DNA of 64,000 nucleotides from Priapulus caudatus (lineage: Eukaryota), in NCBI RefSeq assembly GCF_000485595.1, contig NW_014577074.1, positions 1,376,467-1,440,466 on the forward strand. Direction: 5' to 3'. The notes beneath the pieces were generated by a model that did not search any database, had not been told where the DNA came from, and saw nothing but the letters and a program-made list of their open reading frames with translations. Of the stretch, positions 25,129 to 40,224 are shown in pieces. The first letter of the stretch is position 1. The number at the start of each line of letters is the position of its first letter. The position numbers and the translations under genes were made by a program.

Positions 25129-26185
25129 CGTTGCTGCGCGTACACGAGGTGTCTCTGTTAAGTAATCGTACTTATTGAATTTTACCGGAGCATTTTACCC
25201 CATATCTTTTGCTCAATTACATATCAAAGTTGCCTTTTAGCATACGTTAGTGCACGAGTTAAGCCTCCTGGGAAATCTCGAGAGAAGCGGCATTGGTGCG
25301 TGCGTATAGCGTGCTAGGTTTACCGTGTTAATTGAGANNNNNNNNNNNNNNNNNNNNNNNNNNNNNNNNNNNNNNNNNNNNNNNNNNNNNNNNNNNNNNN
25401 NNNNNNNNNNNNNNNNNNNNNNNNNNNNNNNNNNNNNNNNNNNNNNNNNNNNNNNNNNNNNNNNNNNNNNNNNNNNNNNNNNNNNNNNNNNNNNNNNNNN
25501 NNNNNNNNNNNNNNNNNNNNNNNNNNNNNNNNNNNNNNNNNNNNNNNNNNNNNNNNNNNNNNNNNNNNNNNNNNNNNNNNNNNNNNNNNNNNNNNNNNNN
25601 NNNNNNNNNNNNNNNNNNNNNNNNNNNNNNNNNNNNNNNNNNNNNNNNNNNNNNNNNNNNNNNNNNNNNNNNNNNNNNNNNNNNNNNNNNNNNNNNNNNN
25701 NNNNNNNNNNNNNNNNNNNNNNNNNNNNNNNNNNNNNNNNNNNNNNNNNNNNNNNNNNNNNNNNNNNNNNNNNNNNNNNNNNNNNNNNNNNNNNNNNNNN
25801 NNNNNNNNNNNNNNNNNNNNNNNNNNNNNNNNNNNNNNNNNNNNNNNNNNNNNNNNNNNNNNNNNNNNNNNNNNNNNNNNNNNNNNNNNNNNNNNNNNNN
25901 NNNNNNNNNNNNNNNNNNNNNNNNNNNNNNNNNNNNNNNNNNNNNNNNNNNNNNNNNNNNNNNNNNNNNNNNNNNNNNNNNNNNNNNNNNNNNNNNNNNN
26001 NNNNNNNNNNNNNNNNNNNNNNNNNNNNNNNNNNNNNNNNNNNNNNNNNNNNNNNNNNNNNNNNNNNNNNNNNNNNNNNNNNNNNNNNNNNNNNNNNNNN
26101 NNNNNNNNNNNNNNNNNNNNNNNNNNNNNNNNNNNNNNNNNNNNNNNNNNNNNNNNNNNNNNNNNNNNNNNNNNNNNNNNNNNNN

Positions 26186-26244
<59 letters not shown>

Positions 26245-27322
26245 AGAGCGATGCTCGCTTAGATTCAGAATAGATTATCAGAGCAATCTGTTTATTAGTG
26301 ACGGATATTTGTGAAATCTAGAGATTTATTATACAAAGATGTATTACATATTAGATAACGTGTGTTAGAAGTAAGCATGTGTCAGTGCAGTAGTAGATAT
26401 CGGTCGTTAAACGGTGCCTTTTCCTATATGAAGCATATCTATACGCGTATGTATGTATTACCCAGTGTTGCTCTAACTACGAATTAGAGCGAGATGTGTT
26501 AATAACTTACGGTATTACCGTTATAGTACCAATGGCTCGTGAAGAGAAAATCTGCATTAGAACATGTCTATATATCATATAACATTAGATAATCGACACT
26601 AGAGCTTGTGTCATCGTCATTATATCAATGGCCGGTTCTTAATACTATAACTGATCAATAGTGGTGATCACTCATCAAAGTTCATTGACGGTACTAAATT
26701 ATGTTATGCGATCAGTTATAGTGTAATAATATGTCTATGCGTAGTAATAACATTAGGGAATAGTATGGCTTTTCTTCGATTGGTATTGGTAATCTGATAA
26801 AATGTATGCAGAGCGGAATTCTCATGTTCAAATCTGTCATGGCCGCCTTTCAAAAATGACCGGTGTAGCATGGTGTACATTCCCCCTCTGGCAAACGTTC
26901 CCCTTCTGCATTGCGCATGAGCATGGGCACGGGCATGGGTATGTCTATCAGGGCGCATGGCGCATGGGCATGAGGATTATGCCTCCATTTTCCATGTGCA
27001 ATATAAAGGGAGGACGTTTGCTATAGAGGATGTATACCACGCTACACCGGATTATTACTTACGGATATATCATTTTAATGATTATCAATGCACAATAAAA
27101 CCCACATACATCGTGGTCGATACTGGGCTAATTGTATGACGGTGCTTACAGTTATAATTGTATGCGGTACAGAAGATATCTGTTGTTATATACATGTTGA
27201 TTATTCCATGATGTAATTAAATTTATTTAATTTTGGACGCGAGCACACGCGTACACACACATAAACACACGAGCACGCACGGACAATCACATAATACACG
27301 CATGCGTACAGTCACATGCACG

Positions 27323-27410
<88 letters not shown>

Positions 27411-27471
27411 TACATACATGTACAGTTGTACACACGCGCGCACACACCTCCCGTTGCGGTAGCAGGTGATT

Positions 27472-27680
27472 CACATGCTGTGATTGGACTGCGCATGCGG
27501 ATTTGGCGATCTTAAAATTTGGTGCGGGTTTGCGATGAGAGCACGTCAATCACAAGGTGATTCACGTACCTACTCTGCTTGGACTGCATGCGCATGCGGA
27601 TTTGGCGATCTTAAAATTTGGTGCGGGTTTGCGATGAGAGCACGTCAATCACAAGGTGATTCACGTACTCTGCTTGGACT
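27472..27680. repeat. 99-bp tandem duplication (2 units) between (CA)n tracts
   Basis: gcgcatgcggatttggcg... begins at 27491 and again at 27590. Confidence 0.9.
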
Positions 27681-27723
27681 CACTGATCTCTATAATATAA
27701 TCTGGATAGAGCANNNNNNNNNN

Positions 27724-27810
<87 letters not shown>

Positions 27811-27858
27811 GCACTCACACCCCAAACACACGCGCACGGACGCACGCACCCACCGCAC

Positions 27859-27915
<57 letters not shown>

Positions 27916-30900
27916 CATGCACACGGCGTACGCGCACACACCAACACACGTGCACTCACTTACGCACGCATGCACGCACTCACGCTCGCTCACACGAACG
28001 CAGGCACGCACGGATGTGCACACACGCTTACGTGTGATTCTCATTCGAAATGCTATAGACCAACATCCGATATTGCTGGTAATTATTTATTTCCGACATG
28101 GCAAATTTCACAGTTGTTCCGAATTATAACGGCCACGTAACGTTTTGCACAAAAGCGTACTCACTACTTCCGACTAACATCTCTGACACGTAACACTTTC
28201 TCAAACAAGCATAATTAGACAGCAGCATTTTGCATCTTCTCGGCTAAAATTTCCAGGCGTCGTTGTCAGAAACATAACTAATTATGTACCTAAGAATCTA
28301 ATATGTCGTAACTTTTTAACTGAAGTGTTGTACAACAGTCGTGCCATTTTAGACTTATGATAGCCATAACTATTTATGTTTCTAACAACGGGCCAGCGAT
28401 TCAGAATTTTAATCGGCATTAATTATTATTTATTCGGAATAAATTTTGAATATTCTTTCGCCGTTCGATCGGTCAATAAATCGTTGAAACTGTTCACGCC
28501 GATATGCTTCGATACCAAAACATTGGGTGGGATTGGTAGAAACTTAGTGATGCGCACAATTTAAATACGGTGTAAAACAGAAAGCTCTCATCAGACGTAT
28601 AATATGATGTACAAAAATCGAGGGCATGTACGAAGAAGTAGCTACTAGGAATTACACATCCGGCTCTTTCTGCATTCTAGAATTATACCAGTAATTGTTC
28701 CCGTAATTTATGCTCACCAATGTACATATATATATATATATATGTATCTAATGAGGAACGACATCGTAACATTTGCTATCTTCACATTGCTACCAGTAAA
28801 CGATGGCATAGAGCTTGAGTTTGATTCACACACAAATATATACGTTATAAGCAATTTCAAAAGTCTGCATTACGTTATAATGAATATTCACTCCGTTATA
28901 ATGATAACACGATCTATGTAAATCTGTTCGCAACTCGTAATTGGAGATCGGCTTTTTAATTTTCTTAGAAATTGAATAGACTAGAAAATGTGATAGCCCG
29001 CACAAGGTTACGCTTGCACCTATAGACAACAAACTTGTATAGCCACTAAGTATACGGGCCGCGCTCTGTGCAAAACCATAACCAAGACAAATATGCATCT
29101 TCTTATGAAATCGATATGACCGCTGGTTATGTACGTGATTCTACTTAGACAGTTAAAATTGTTCTCATAACTACCTATAGACTTCAACATCAAGAATAGT
29201 AACAAGTAACATTGAATATAACGATTCTAACTATATGGTATCATGTACAGCCGACAGTGATAAAATCATCAATCATCACTTGGATATACATATATATATA
29301 TATATATAATAGACTCTACAGAAAATTATTATGATGGGATCAGAGTTTTATCGTCAAACTTGCAATCATCAAACTTTGTGTTTGTTTAAACTATATCGCA
29401 GACGCATGCACATACGTGCGATGCGAGTAGAGCGATTTTCACGCGGAGAGAACACGAATCATCTCGCAACCTTTATTCGATTCCACAATAATTTATCTGC
29501 TACGTGGTGCACTGGATCGATTCCATCTCTACATTACCATCTTACACTACGTAACCTGTCCGGCTACACTTAACAAATGCTGTATGGAAAGATGTTACGC
29601 ATGTAATTATCTACATATTTGGTATATGTGTGTAAAACATTCAAATGTATCTATGGATCTGCCAGCGACTTTTGCGAGGTTACGGGTTAGACATCGGATG
29701 CCGCGTAATCGACGTTGCCATTTCCATCTATCGGTGCATGTAGATACGATAAGACCGCTAGCCAGGTCTTCTAAATAGTTTATCTATTTGAAATTGTTAC
29801 ATAAATTAATACATGGCGTCACGTAGCAAGGCCGACCTGTCATTGGTCAGATGCGAATACGGGTGCATGACAGTGTAATAACAAACCACGCACTTGCGCC
29901 GTTTTTGGCGACGACTGCGCCAACAACACCACTGGTACGACACGAGGAAAAACAACTCGAAGCAGTGTAGAAAAACTAACGGGGTGAACCATGTGCACGT
30001 ACGCAAATTATATCATGAAGGGTACGCTGAGTGCCAGATACGGATTGACACAGAAAAATAAAACAACCAATCTAAAAAAAAGAAAGAATGCCACTGAATA
30101 TCCTCAATATAGAAGGCGTGTAAGTGCCACGCCTTTTAAGGAATTGGAATGTGATAGCTAACTATATGAAAGAAGAGCATGGACGTCGCGGAATGTGACA
30201 TCAGCGACGTAAAGGAAGCCATCCTCTACATTATATCAAGATATTACCAACACGAAAAAAGACGACAACAGCGACACGCGCGGAGATCTGATTAATATAG
30301 CGCAATCCAGGGGCTAGCACAGCGCACCAGTATTGGTAGCAATATGTATAGGAACAACGTAGACTACGAGATGATCCAACACTAGGCTTGAAACGTGGGA
30401 CTGACACAGCCCGGTAACTCTGTAGTACAAGAAGCCGACAGGGTTAACAACAATACGAATTACATTGAAAACGGTAGAATCGCTATATGATTAATAGACA
30501 ACACCATTCTACAAATTTGAAACCATCCACCCTCTGTGTTTAATAACGTGACGATTCTATACACCTGTATACCAATGTTCAACAACGACACTTGTATTAT
30601 ATGGCTATGCAAAAGTTAAAATATATAAGCCTATAAATAAAACATAAGATAGAACAGTAGAGTAACGAGCTCTATTACACTCAGTTGCTGCTTGCTTTTT
30701 CACGTTAACATAATTATAATAACACGCTCAAGAACAGCAATGATCTCTTTCCCAACAACATAACAATTCGTTATCCATTATAACTTGCGTAGATCTCAAA
30801 TTCTCATAGACTCATGTACAAATATCCGGTTGAGACTTGTCTATAGTCTAGTCATTGGTCACTCTAAATGGTATCCACGACAGTGCATACAAAGTAAGCA

Positions 30901-30947
30901 GGAAACATGAAGTTCATTCAAACAGTTTCCTTGTATATTTACATGTA

Positions 30948-30996
<49 letters not shown>

Positions 30997-31032
30997 GTGT
31001 AAGTGTAAGTGTAAGTGTAAGTGTAAGTGTAA

Positions 31033-31090
<58 letters not shown>

Positions 31091-31371
31091 TGTGCTATGA
31101 TGTATTGTATGTGCTATGTGTAATGCCTGTATGTCGTATGTGGTATGCTGGTATGTGTATGCTTTAGTGTATGGTATATGTATATGTATTATTATGAATA
31201 ATGTATATGTAAATGTAATAGGCATATGATAAATGTATATGCTATACGCTATATCGCTCTATATAAACGTATAATTATGCGTATTATTAATCACGCTATG
31301 TTGCCCGTATACACGCCAGTATAATATACTCGTCATATATATAGGCCTATATATATACCATATACATATAG

Positions 31372-31411
<40 letters not shown>

Positions 31412-31985
31412 CAGGATAATATAATACGCATGTTAGCATGTGGCCTTATATTCTCAGCGATATATAGCTAAGCGCCTATGTACACGTATTTATTCGACGG
31501 TGTACGTGCTGCATGTTTACGCGGTGCGCAAATGTGCATGTCTGCATAGTTTGCTCCGCTGTGCGCCCTGCCCGTGAGCGCGCGCAGAAACCATATCTAC
31601 CATACATACATAGTGATTATGTACATTGCGTTAGGTGCCATCGTGCACACAACACCAAATATCAATAATGCAGATCACATGCGGTGTGCGGCTTCATGAT
31701 CTACCGTGCTCTGCCAGATAATCACTGATCACACGTTACGAACCACATCAGCCGAAACAATATCATATCAAGCGCCAATAGTTGTAGCTATATATTAGCC
31801 GAGCGACTACGAAAAACGTGACTATGGATCATGCGACAGGCAGCATCCATTGATGAGCAGGCCAGCATCCTGAGGCAGCATCACGTTGATTGAATTAGTC
31901 AGTGCGCCTGGCCTGATACACCATCTATTCGCTCGCCGCTCCCTAACGAGTAAACATACGAGTTCCCTCAGCCGGGGCGCGCCCT

Positions 31986-34900
31986 CTATATTGGAGTCTC
32001 GCAGTTCCTCGGGTTTGCCGCTGCAGACGGCGCCGCCGGTGGCGTTCGTGCTGTGTTTCTGTTTGCTCAGCGGTTTCATCGTCGTCGACAACTGGCGTCG
32101 CCATAGTAATGTGTTTGCGTTGCTAAGGTGCTAATGGGTGTCGGGGCGTATTCGCGCTGCTGCTGCTTGCTGCACTGCTCCATGCGGCATCCAGTTTTGG
32201 CAGCTCCGCTTTGGAGAGGTGATAGACGAATGCCAGCCCGTATGCATCACCTAGCACGTTGATCGACGTCCGAAGCGGTTCCCTGAAGCAACACACGTGT
32301 AGTTGCGTTGTTTAGAACTGCACAGACACTGTAGTGACGTTGTTAGAATCAAACACACGTGTAGGTACGTGTGTTAGAATCACAGGGACACGTGTAGGCG
32401 ACGTGGTTAGAATCACAGACCGTTTAGCGACGTGGTTAGATCACGACACGTGTAGCGACTGGTTAGAATCCACAGACACGGGTTTTAGTCGACGTGGTTA
32501 GAATCACAGACACGTGACGACCGTGGTCAGAGAATCACAGACACGTGTAGCGACGTGGTTAGGAATCACAGACAAAGTGTAGCGACTCTGGTTAGAATCA
32601 AGACACGGCTAGCGACGTAGTTAGAATCACAGTACACGTGTAGTGAGACCGTGTCGGTTAGAATCAAACAGCACGTGTAGCGACCGTGTTAGATCACAGA
32701 CACGTGTAGCTGACGGGTTAGAAATCACAAGACACGCTGTTAGCGACGTGCTGTTAGAATCACATGACACGTGTAGCACAGTGGTTAGAATCACACACAA
32801 CGATGTAGCGACGTGGTTAGTAATCACAGACAAAACGTGTAGCGGACGTGGTTAGAGATCCAAAACACGTTATTAGCGACGTGGTTATAGAATCACAGAC
32901 ACACGTGAGCGGCGTGGTTTTAGAATCACGACACGTGTAAGCAACGTGATTAGAATCACAGATCACGGTGTAGCGACGGTGGTTAGAATCACAGACACGT
33001 TGTAGCGAACGTGGTTAGAATCACAGGACACGGTGTAGCAACGTGGTTAGGACAACCTCCGCCGCCACACACGAACAAACAACGCGCGCGCGACGTGCAC
33101 ACAACATCACAACGTACGCCGACGCCAAGCACGCACGTACGCTCGCATGGCAGCGGATGCATGCACAGCACGCTACGCACGGATAATTGGTAAAGTGACA
33201 ATGCATACCCGATTTTTCTTATCGCTCATGTGAATATTACTTTTTATATTATGTTTCAACAAATATTATTTTTGCCAGATAAATACGAGCAAGCATCGAA
33301 TGCAATAGTATCAAGACGTATAAAGTAAGGAATTCTATTATACGCTCTTGATAGTATTTAGGTTTGGGGAAATAGATTACAATGTCGAATATGCATTTAA
33401 CCTCTGCAGTGATAAGTTTATTCTATTATTTATCCACTATCATTTTATTTTAGACCTATTTACACTAGGTAGATTTCTTAATATTTATTTTGCAAGCTTT
33501 GTCAGCTTTGTTTCTATTCAATGTTACGGCTGGAGAGTGGGTCTGTCAGAGCCACCCAACGGTGAGTAGCACACTTAGTTATGATATTACAAACTGTGTT
33601 ATTAAATCTTATTTGTTTGCTAGCAAAAATATTGTTTATAATAGATAATAATTATTATTGATTATTATTATTCTACGCACAATAACGCATGTCCACGGCC
33701 CACGATAACGGCTGACGTCCTGTGTAGGTAGTTCCTACGGCGGTCAGTACCCGCAGCATGGTGACCATTCCAGCGCTAGAATGCTGGCGGCGCCAATAGA
33801 AGCTGCAGTAGCGTCCAGACCTGTGAAGAAGTAATTCATGATTATAATATATCTATTTGGAATATAGATTGATAGAAACAAGATAGATACTTAATTCTAA
33901 AATGATTGATGCTCTACTGTTATAATATCTCTATTTAGACAAGATCATATTGAAACTAAGAAAACGCTTGTGTTTTAATAGTGTTAAATTAGATTCAGAT
34001 AACGCTCGCTGGCTACAAAAACTAAACTCTGAAGTAGAGGCCTCCTAGAAACTCTGTCTAATCACCTGACAGTGATTATTTCGCCAATCGACAGATTGGA
34101 CTCATTCATCGTGTGCAATAAAGATGGCCGCCACGGCTTCGGTAGAAGAGCGGTACCAGTCCATGTTCACGGTTGGCCCAATGGCAGCACGAAACGCTGT
34201 CACCGTTTATCCACTGTTTCTACTTCGAGGCAGCGAAATGTGATCGGCAGAGTTGCCAGAACTTGCAAGCGGATAGTGCAGCACCGTGACTAGTTCGTCC
34301 GAGTAATGCAGCCACGGAAGTAATTACCCACCGTAAATTCCCGCAATTCATACCCGATATCATTACGGACAGTCTCTTACCTTGATGCCGTACCCAGGGG
34401 CGTGATCCAGGCTGCAGCATTGCCCTTGCAGAAGGACAGCGGGTTGTTTCGCGTGATGAGGAAACAAACAGCAGCGAAGCGCGATCAGAGTAAAGCTGTA
34501 TTCATCAAGACCGGAAATTGACCCGTGACCATATAAAGTCCAGCGGCTTTCGGCAGTCTCCGCATGCTCTCGAGTCTCCAAGATCTTTCCGGCAATCAGA
34601 AACATTCGATACCGAACGGCGAATTACCTGGAAGCAGAACAAGAATCATCGTATACGTCGCATGTTTCGATGATGTTCTATAACACCTTGAACATCACCT
34701 GTGATATAGTTTAGTACAATAGTAATGGCCATGAATCGAGGCGAATATTGTGCACTTTCTGTGATAGTAAATTGCCATTCTCCTTCCTTCGCTGATCACA
34801 AAAACTGTATCACACGACCACCAATCGCAACCAGCACTGACACTTAAGCCTGTCGTCATATTGAAATATTGACGCTATCGAAAACCAGTATTTATCTGCT

Positions 34901-35369
34901 GCTCCAGACTGGCTGATATTTTAAAGTGAAAATGATTCCCTGTCCTCCGAAGGGTCTTGGTCACCATAGATCGTAAACATTATCATTTTTACTATACGAT
35001 CAAGGCTTACTGCACCAGTAAATATATGACACATGCACATAAATCTCAATAATATATAAAAAATATTAAATTATAACTACAATTTACGTACTATTTACTA
35101 TTTTTGATCGTTTCTTTTCTCAAACGGAGTGCGCGTGTTTCTTCAAGAATGTCATCCATTGCGTACGTTTATGGAGCTTTATAATATTCTCGATGCGTGA
35201 TAAAAAAGAGGCGATTGCGATCACATTGCATGCCGGGCAGCGTACACATGATGGAGGATCACTAATGCGCATGACGACTCGTTGAGGATCGTGAAGAACC
35301 GCGCCATCAGCGCGCCTCTCTCATCGAGCTGATGGTTGATGCCGAACGCCGTGCAGAATACGATCAACC
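31986..35369 (-). pseudogene. Indel-ridden duplicate of the last five EAAT exons (~31986-32282, ~33685-33820, ~34065-34261, ~34381-34627, ~35245-35369); likely assembly artefact
   Basis: Collinear with 39927-43170, introns included, with dense random single-base indels. Confidence 0.75.
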
Positions 35370-38300
35370 CTGTACACACGTACACAGAAACATAAGAATG
35401 GATCAACTCTGTAACGCACGTACACAAGAACAGAATACGATAAAACCCCGTGCACACGTACACATGAAACAGAATACGATCATCCCTACGACACGGTACA
35501 CGAAGAACAGAATACGTATCAACCCCGTGCACACGTACAATGAACAGAAGACGATCAATCTGTACAGCCACTTTACACCATGAACAAGAAGACGATCAAC
35601 TGTACAACACGTATTACAAGAACAGAAGACGATCAACCCTGTACACACGTACCACGATGAACAAAAATACGACAACCCTGACACACGTACACATGAACAG
35701 GAATTTCGATCATCCCTGACACACGGTACACAAAACAGAAGAAGATCATCCGCTGTAGCACACGGTACACCAAGAACAGAAGACGATCAACCCTGACATA
35801 GTATACAGAACAGAGACGAATACCCTGTAAACACACGTACACAAGAACAGAAGACGATCAACCCTGCTTACACACGTACACGATGAACAGAATACGTATC
35901 AACCCGGTGCCACGTACACATGACAGATACGATCAACCCTGTACAACGTACACCAAGAACAGAAGAAGATCAACCCTGTAACAGCGTATACAAGAACAGA
36001 GACGAATTCAACCCTCTACATACGTACCACAAGAACAGAGACGATCAACCCTGTAAACACGGTACACAAGACAGAAGACGATCAACCCGTACACACGTAT
36101 ACAAGAAGCAGAAGACGATCAACCCTGTATACCACGTACACCAAGAGCAGTAAGACTATCAACCCCTGATACACACGTACTCAAGAACAGAAGACGATCA
36201 ACCCTGTAAACACGTACACAAGAACAGAAAGACGATAACCCCTACACACGATACAAGAGCGGAGACATCAAACCTGCTACACACGTATACAAAGCGGAAG
36301 ACGATCAACCCTGTACACACGTACGCACGAACAGAACGATTCACTGTAAAAACGTACACAAGAACAGAGACGATAACCCTGACACACGTATACAAGAACA
36401 GAAGACATCAACCCTTACACACAGTATTCAACGCGGAAGACGATCACCCTGTACACAGTATACAAACAGAAGACGATACAACCCGTACACACGTATACAG
36501 AGGTGAAGACGATTCAACCCTGTACACACTACACAAGACAGAAGACATCAACTCTGTACACATGACACAAGACAGAAGACGATCAACTTGCACGCCGTTA
36601 CAAAGAACAGAGACGATAACCTGTACAACGTACACAAACAGACGTCACCCTACACCGCTACACAGAACAGGACGATCAACCGACAACGTACGCACGAACA
36701 GAAGCGATCAAACCTGTAAACACTAACACAGAACAGAAAGACGATCAACCCTTACAAGTATACAAAGAACAAGAAGACGATCAACCCTGTAACCGTATAA
36801 GAAACAGAGACGATCAACCCTGTACACACGTATACAAGGCGAGACGATCAACCCTGTACACACGTACGCACGAAAAGAAGCACGATCAACCTGTAAACAC
36901 GTATACAGAGAACAGAAGACGATCAACCCTGTACAGCACTATACCAAAACAGAGACGGATCAACCCTGTACACACGTATACAAGAGCGAAGACGTACCCT
37001 GTACACACGACACAAGACAGACGATCAACTCTGTACACATGTACACAAAGAAGCAGAAGACGATCAACCTTGACACGCTACACAAGAAACAGAAGACGAT
37101 CAAACCTACACACTACCAAGAAAGACGATAACCCTGGTCACACTACAAAACAGAAGACTATCAACCCCATTACAACACGTACACAAGAACACGTGCTACA
37201 CTCGTCTCAATACGAAACGCCATCTACATCCGTCACACATTACAACATGTTTAAAGCCTGTATATGATATATAATCATGTAAGTATTCTGTTTTAGTGTT
37301 TATTGAAAAATTACAATAGTTTGGGTTCGCATAGGCTGAAAGGTATTTAGTGGAACTGCGGAAATTTTTTCGGCAGAATATCGTAGAATGATGTATGCAT
37401 CGATACGTACACACGCACGTACATACATACGTATGTGTATGACACGTACATACGTATATAATAATACGTACAGTGTCGGCAGGTTTACGGTGCTCTTAAA
37501 AGCGGCGAGAGAGTTTAACGCGCGCGAATAGAAGAGCGACGAAATGTTAATGATCGCTTACAGCTATTGCGACAATGATTTCATTACCAAGTATAGCCAC
37601 AGGGTGTGTTGCTTAATTTTAAGATCATTAAGCGGGGTATTGACTAGCCAGCTTGTTGCGTTACTGACACATTACTGACGCACGAGTGTACGCTTCACTC
37701 ATTAATACTTTCCTAACGATATTCGCATGTGGAGCAAATTTAAACGAATATTTCTAGAAGAAGGAAAATATAGGGGAAATGTCGTGTGTGATATACGTGT
37801 GTAGTTAGAGGTTGATCGGTGGGTGATTCTCCACCATGTTGCGCTATGTTGTAGTCCTCCATCGCTTCTCTATAGTATTCATGTAATCCATCATGTATTG
37901 CTAAACAAAGAATACATTGAGTACGATGTGGCATTTGTAGAATTTAATGTTTTGCACAATTTTGTTGCTTATTGTTTCATTCGTCGACCAAACGTAATGA
38001 TACTAGGATGCTGTGTTCAAATTGAGCTCTGCTACGTTTCATATAACAAAAATTATAATCGGCATGGACAACGCACGCCGTCATTGTCAACGTACATCGT
38101 TGTGGGCAATGCACACCGTCATGGTCAGCGTACATTGCCAGAGTTCCTGAGACATGTGCATTAATGTGTGATAATAATACGTGTCGGGTTGCCGCTCATG
38201 ACCGAGGATTCACAATACCCGCACCCTTGACGTGGCGAAAATGTTACAGCTTCAATACATTTTCTGTCTTTTCCGGTCTTTTTCAACGTTAACGGGTGGC

Positions 38301-38621
38301 GCAGCGAGCAAGCATCGATTACTTTGTTTCACCTCCGGTGATCAAGAGAGTATGATAGTGCGACGAAATCAAATTCGTTTCTTGTCTTAGGACGAGCAAA
38401 CATTCTTGACACGCCCCTAGCCATAACACGCCAAAATCCGTACTCAAAACCATTATATTGAACGCTTTTCATGCCATTCTAAGAAAAATAATTCATGAAA
38501 TAATGCCAGTTGATAAAATCTTACGATTGATGATAACTTTAACATTGTAGCAGCAGCATTAGAGGCATTAATATCCATAACACTTAAGCTCGTGTTGTAG
38601 GAGGTGCCACTACGACCTTAC

Positions 38622-38851
38622 CGAGTATGTTCGTGCCGCCCTTGAAGTCAAATTCTCGCACCAGAATCACTTCCTCTACAGCTTTTGTCGCGATAGTTGT
38701 TAGGTTAACGAGACCCGGCGCTACAGTAGTCGCGTTGGTCAGGTTTGCTGCAATCACTTGTTTGATGAACTTTGGCTTCACTGTCTTGTTGACATACGTC
38801 GTCTGCGTGCTTTGAAAGCATGCCGTTACCAGATTTTCGGGAAGCATGTTC
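38622..38851 (-). CDS. SLC1A2: EAAT2-like extracellular-loop exon, intact copy (NMLPENLVTACFQS...GTNILG); sits out of order in the duplicated block
   Basis: tctgcag| and |gtaagg; phase 2 to 1 fits between exons 47206-47413 and 43044-43170; sequons NKT, NLT, NAT, NLT. Confidence 0.88.
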
Positions 38852-39060
38852 CTGCAGACAAGAACAAGAATTTCACTTAGTTCGTGAATGAAACGAACTA
38901 ATGAAAATAATTAATTAGAAAAAACGTCGAATAGTTCCGAAGAACTATTGAGGCATCGAAAGTAATACAACCTATCAAAATTTCAGTGTAATAAATAAGT
39001 GCTTCTAAAGATTACTTTCTCTCGCTGCTATTTAATAGTGTATCACTTAATTGTAATATA

Positions 39061-39151
<91 letters not shown>

Positions 39152-39343
39152 GTTTAGTGTATGCGTATATGTATATGTATTATGAATATGTATATGTAAA
39201 TGTAATAGGCATATGTAAATGTATATGTATACGTATATGTCTATATAAACGTATAATTATGCGTATATTAATCACGTATGTGCGTATACACGAGTATAAT
39301 ATACTCGTATATATATAGGCCTATATTATATACATATACATAT

Positions 39344-39382
<39 letters not shown>

Positions 39383-39926
39383 GATAATATAATACGCAGT
39401 TGTTAGAGTGGCTTATATTCTCAGGATATATAGTAGGCCTATGTACACGTATTTATTCACGTGTACGTGTGCATGTTTACGCGGGCAAATGTGCATGTGC
39501 ATGTTTGCTCGTGTGCGGCTGCGTGAGCGCGCGCAGGTAAACCTATCTACATACATACATAGTATTATGTACATTGCTTAGGTGATCGTGCACACAAACA
39601 AATTCCAATAATTGAGATCAACATGCGGTGTGGGCTTCATGATCTCCGTGCTCTGCAGATAATCACTGATCACCACCCTTCCGACCACTCAGCGAACATC
39701 ATCATATCAAGCCGCCATGTTGGTAGCTATATATATAGCCGAGCGACTACGAAACGTGACTATGGGACATGCGACCAGGCAGCATCCATGATGAGCCAGG
39801 CAGCATCCTGAGGCAGCATCACGTTGATTGAATTAGCAGTGCGCCTGGCCTGCATACACCATCTATCCGCTCGCCGCTCCCCCTAACGAGTAAACCATCC
39901 GAGTTCCCTCAGCGTCGGGGCGCCCT

Positions 39927-40215
39927 CTATATCGGAGTCTCGCTGTCCTCCGGGGTTGCCGTGCAGACGGCGCCGGTGGCGTTCGTGCTGTTTGCTTTGC
40001 TCAGCGGTTTCATCTCGTCGACAACTGCGTCGCCATAGTAATGTGTTGCGTTGCTAAGGTGATAATGGTGGTCGGGGGCGTATTCGGCTGCTGCTGCTGC
40101 TGCTACTGCTCCATGCTCGGCATCCAGTTTTGCCAGCTCCGCTTTGGAGAGGTGATAGACGATGCCAGCCCCGTACGCATCACCTAGCACGTTGATCGAC
40201 GTCCGAATGCGGTCC
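39927..40215 (-). CDS. SLC1A2: EAAT2-like terminal exon ([27 protein letters not shown]...PEDSETPI*)
   Basis: gcttcag| acceptor; DRxRT..NV.GD..GAGIV.HLS motif; TAG stop. Confidence 0.95.
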
Positions 40216-40224
40216 CTGAAGCAC

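Noticed and set aside
31986..38851. A genuine second EAAT paralogue
   Set aside because: Introns are collinear and the differences are random indels rather than codon-biased substitutions; the 5' exons are missing.
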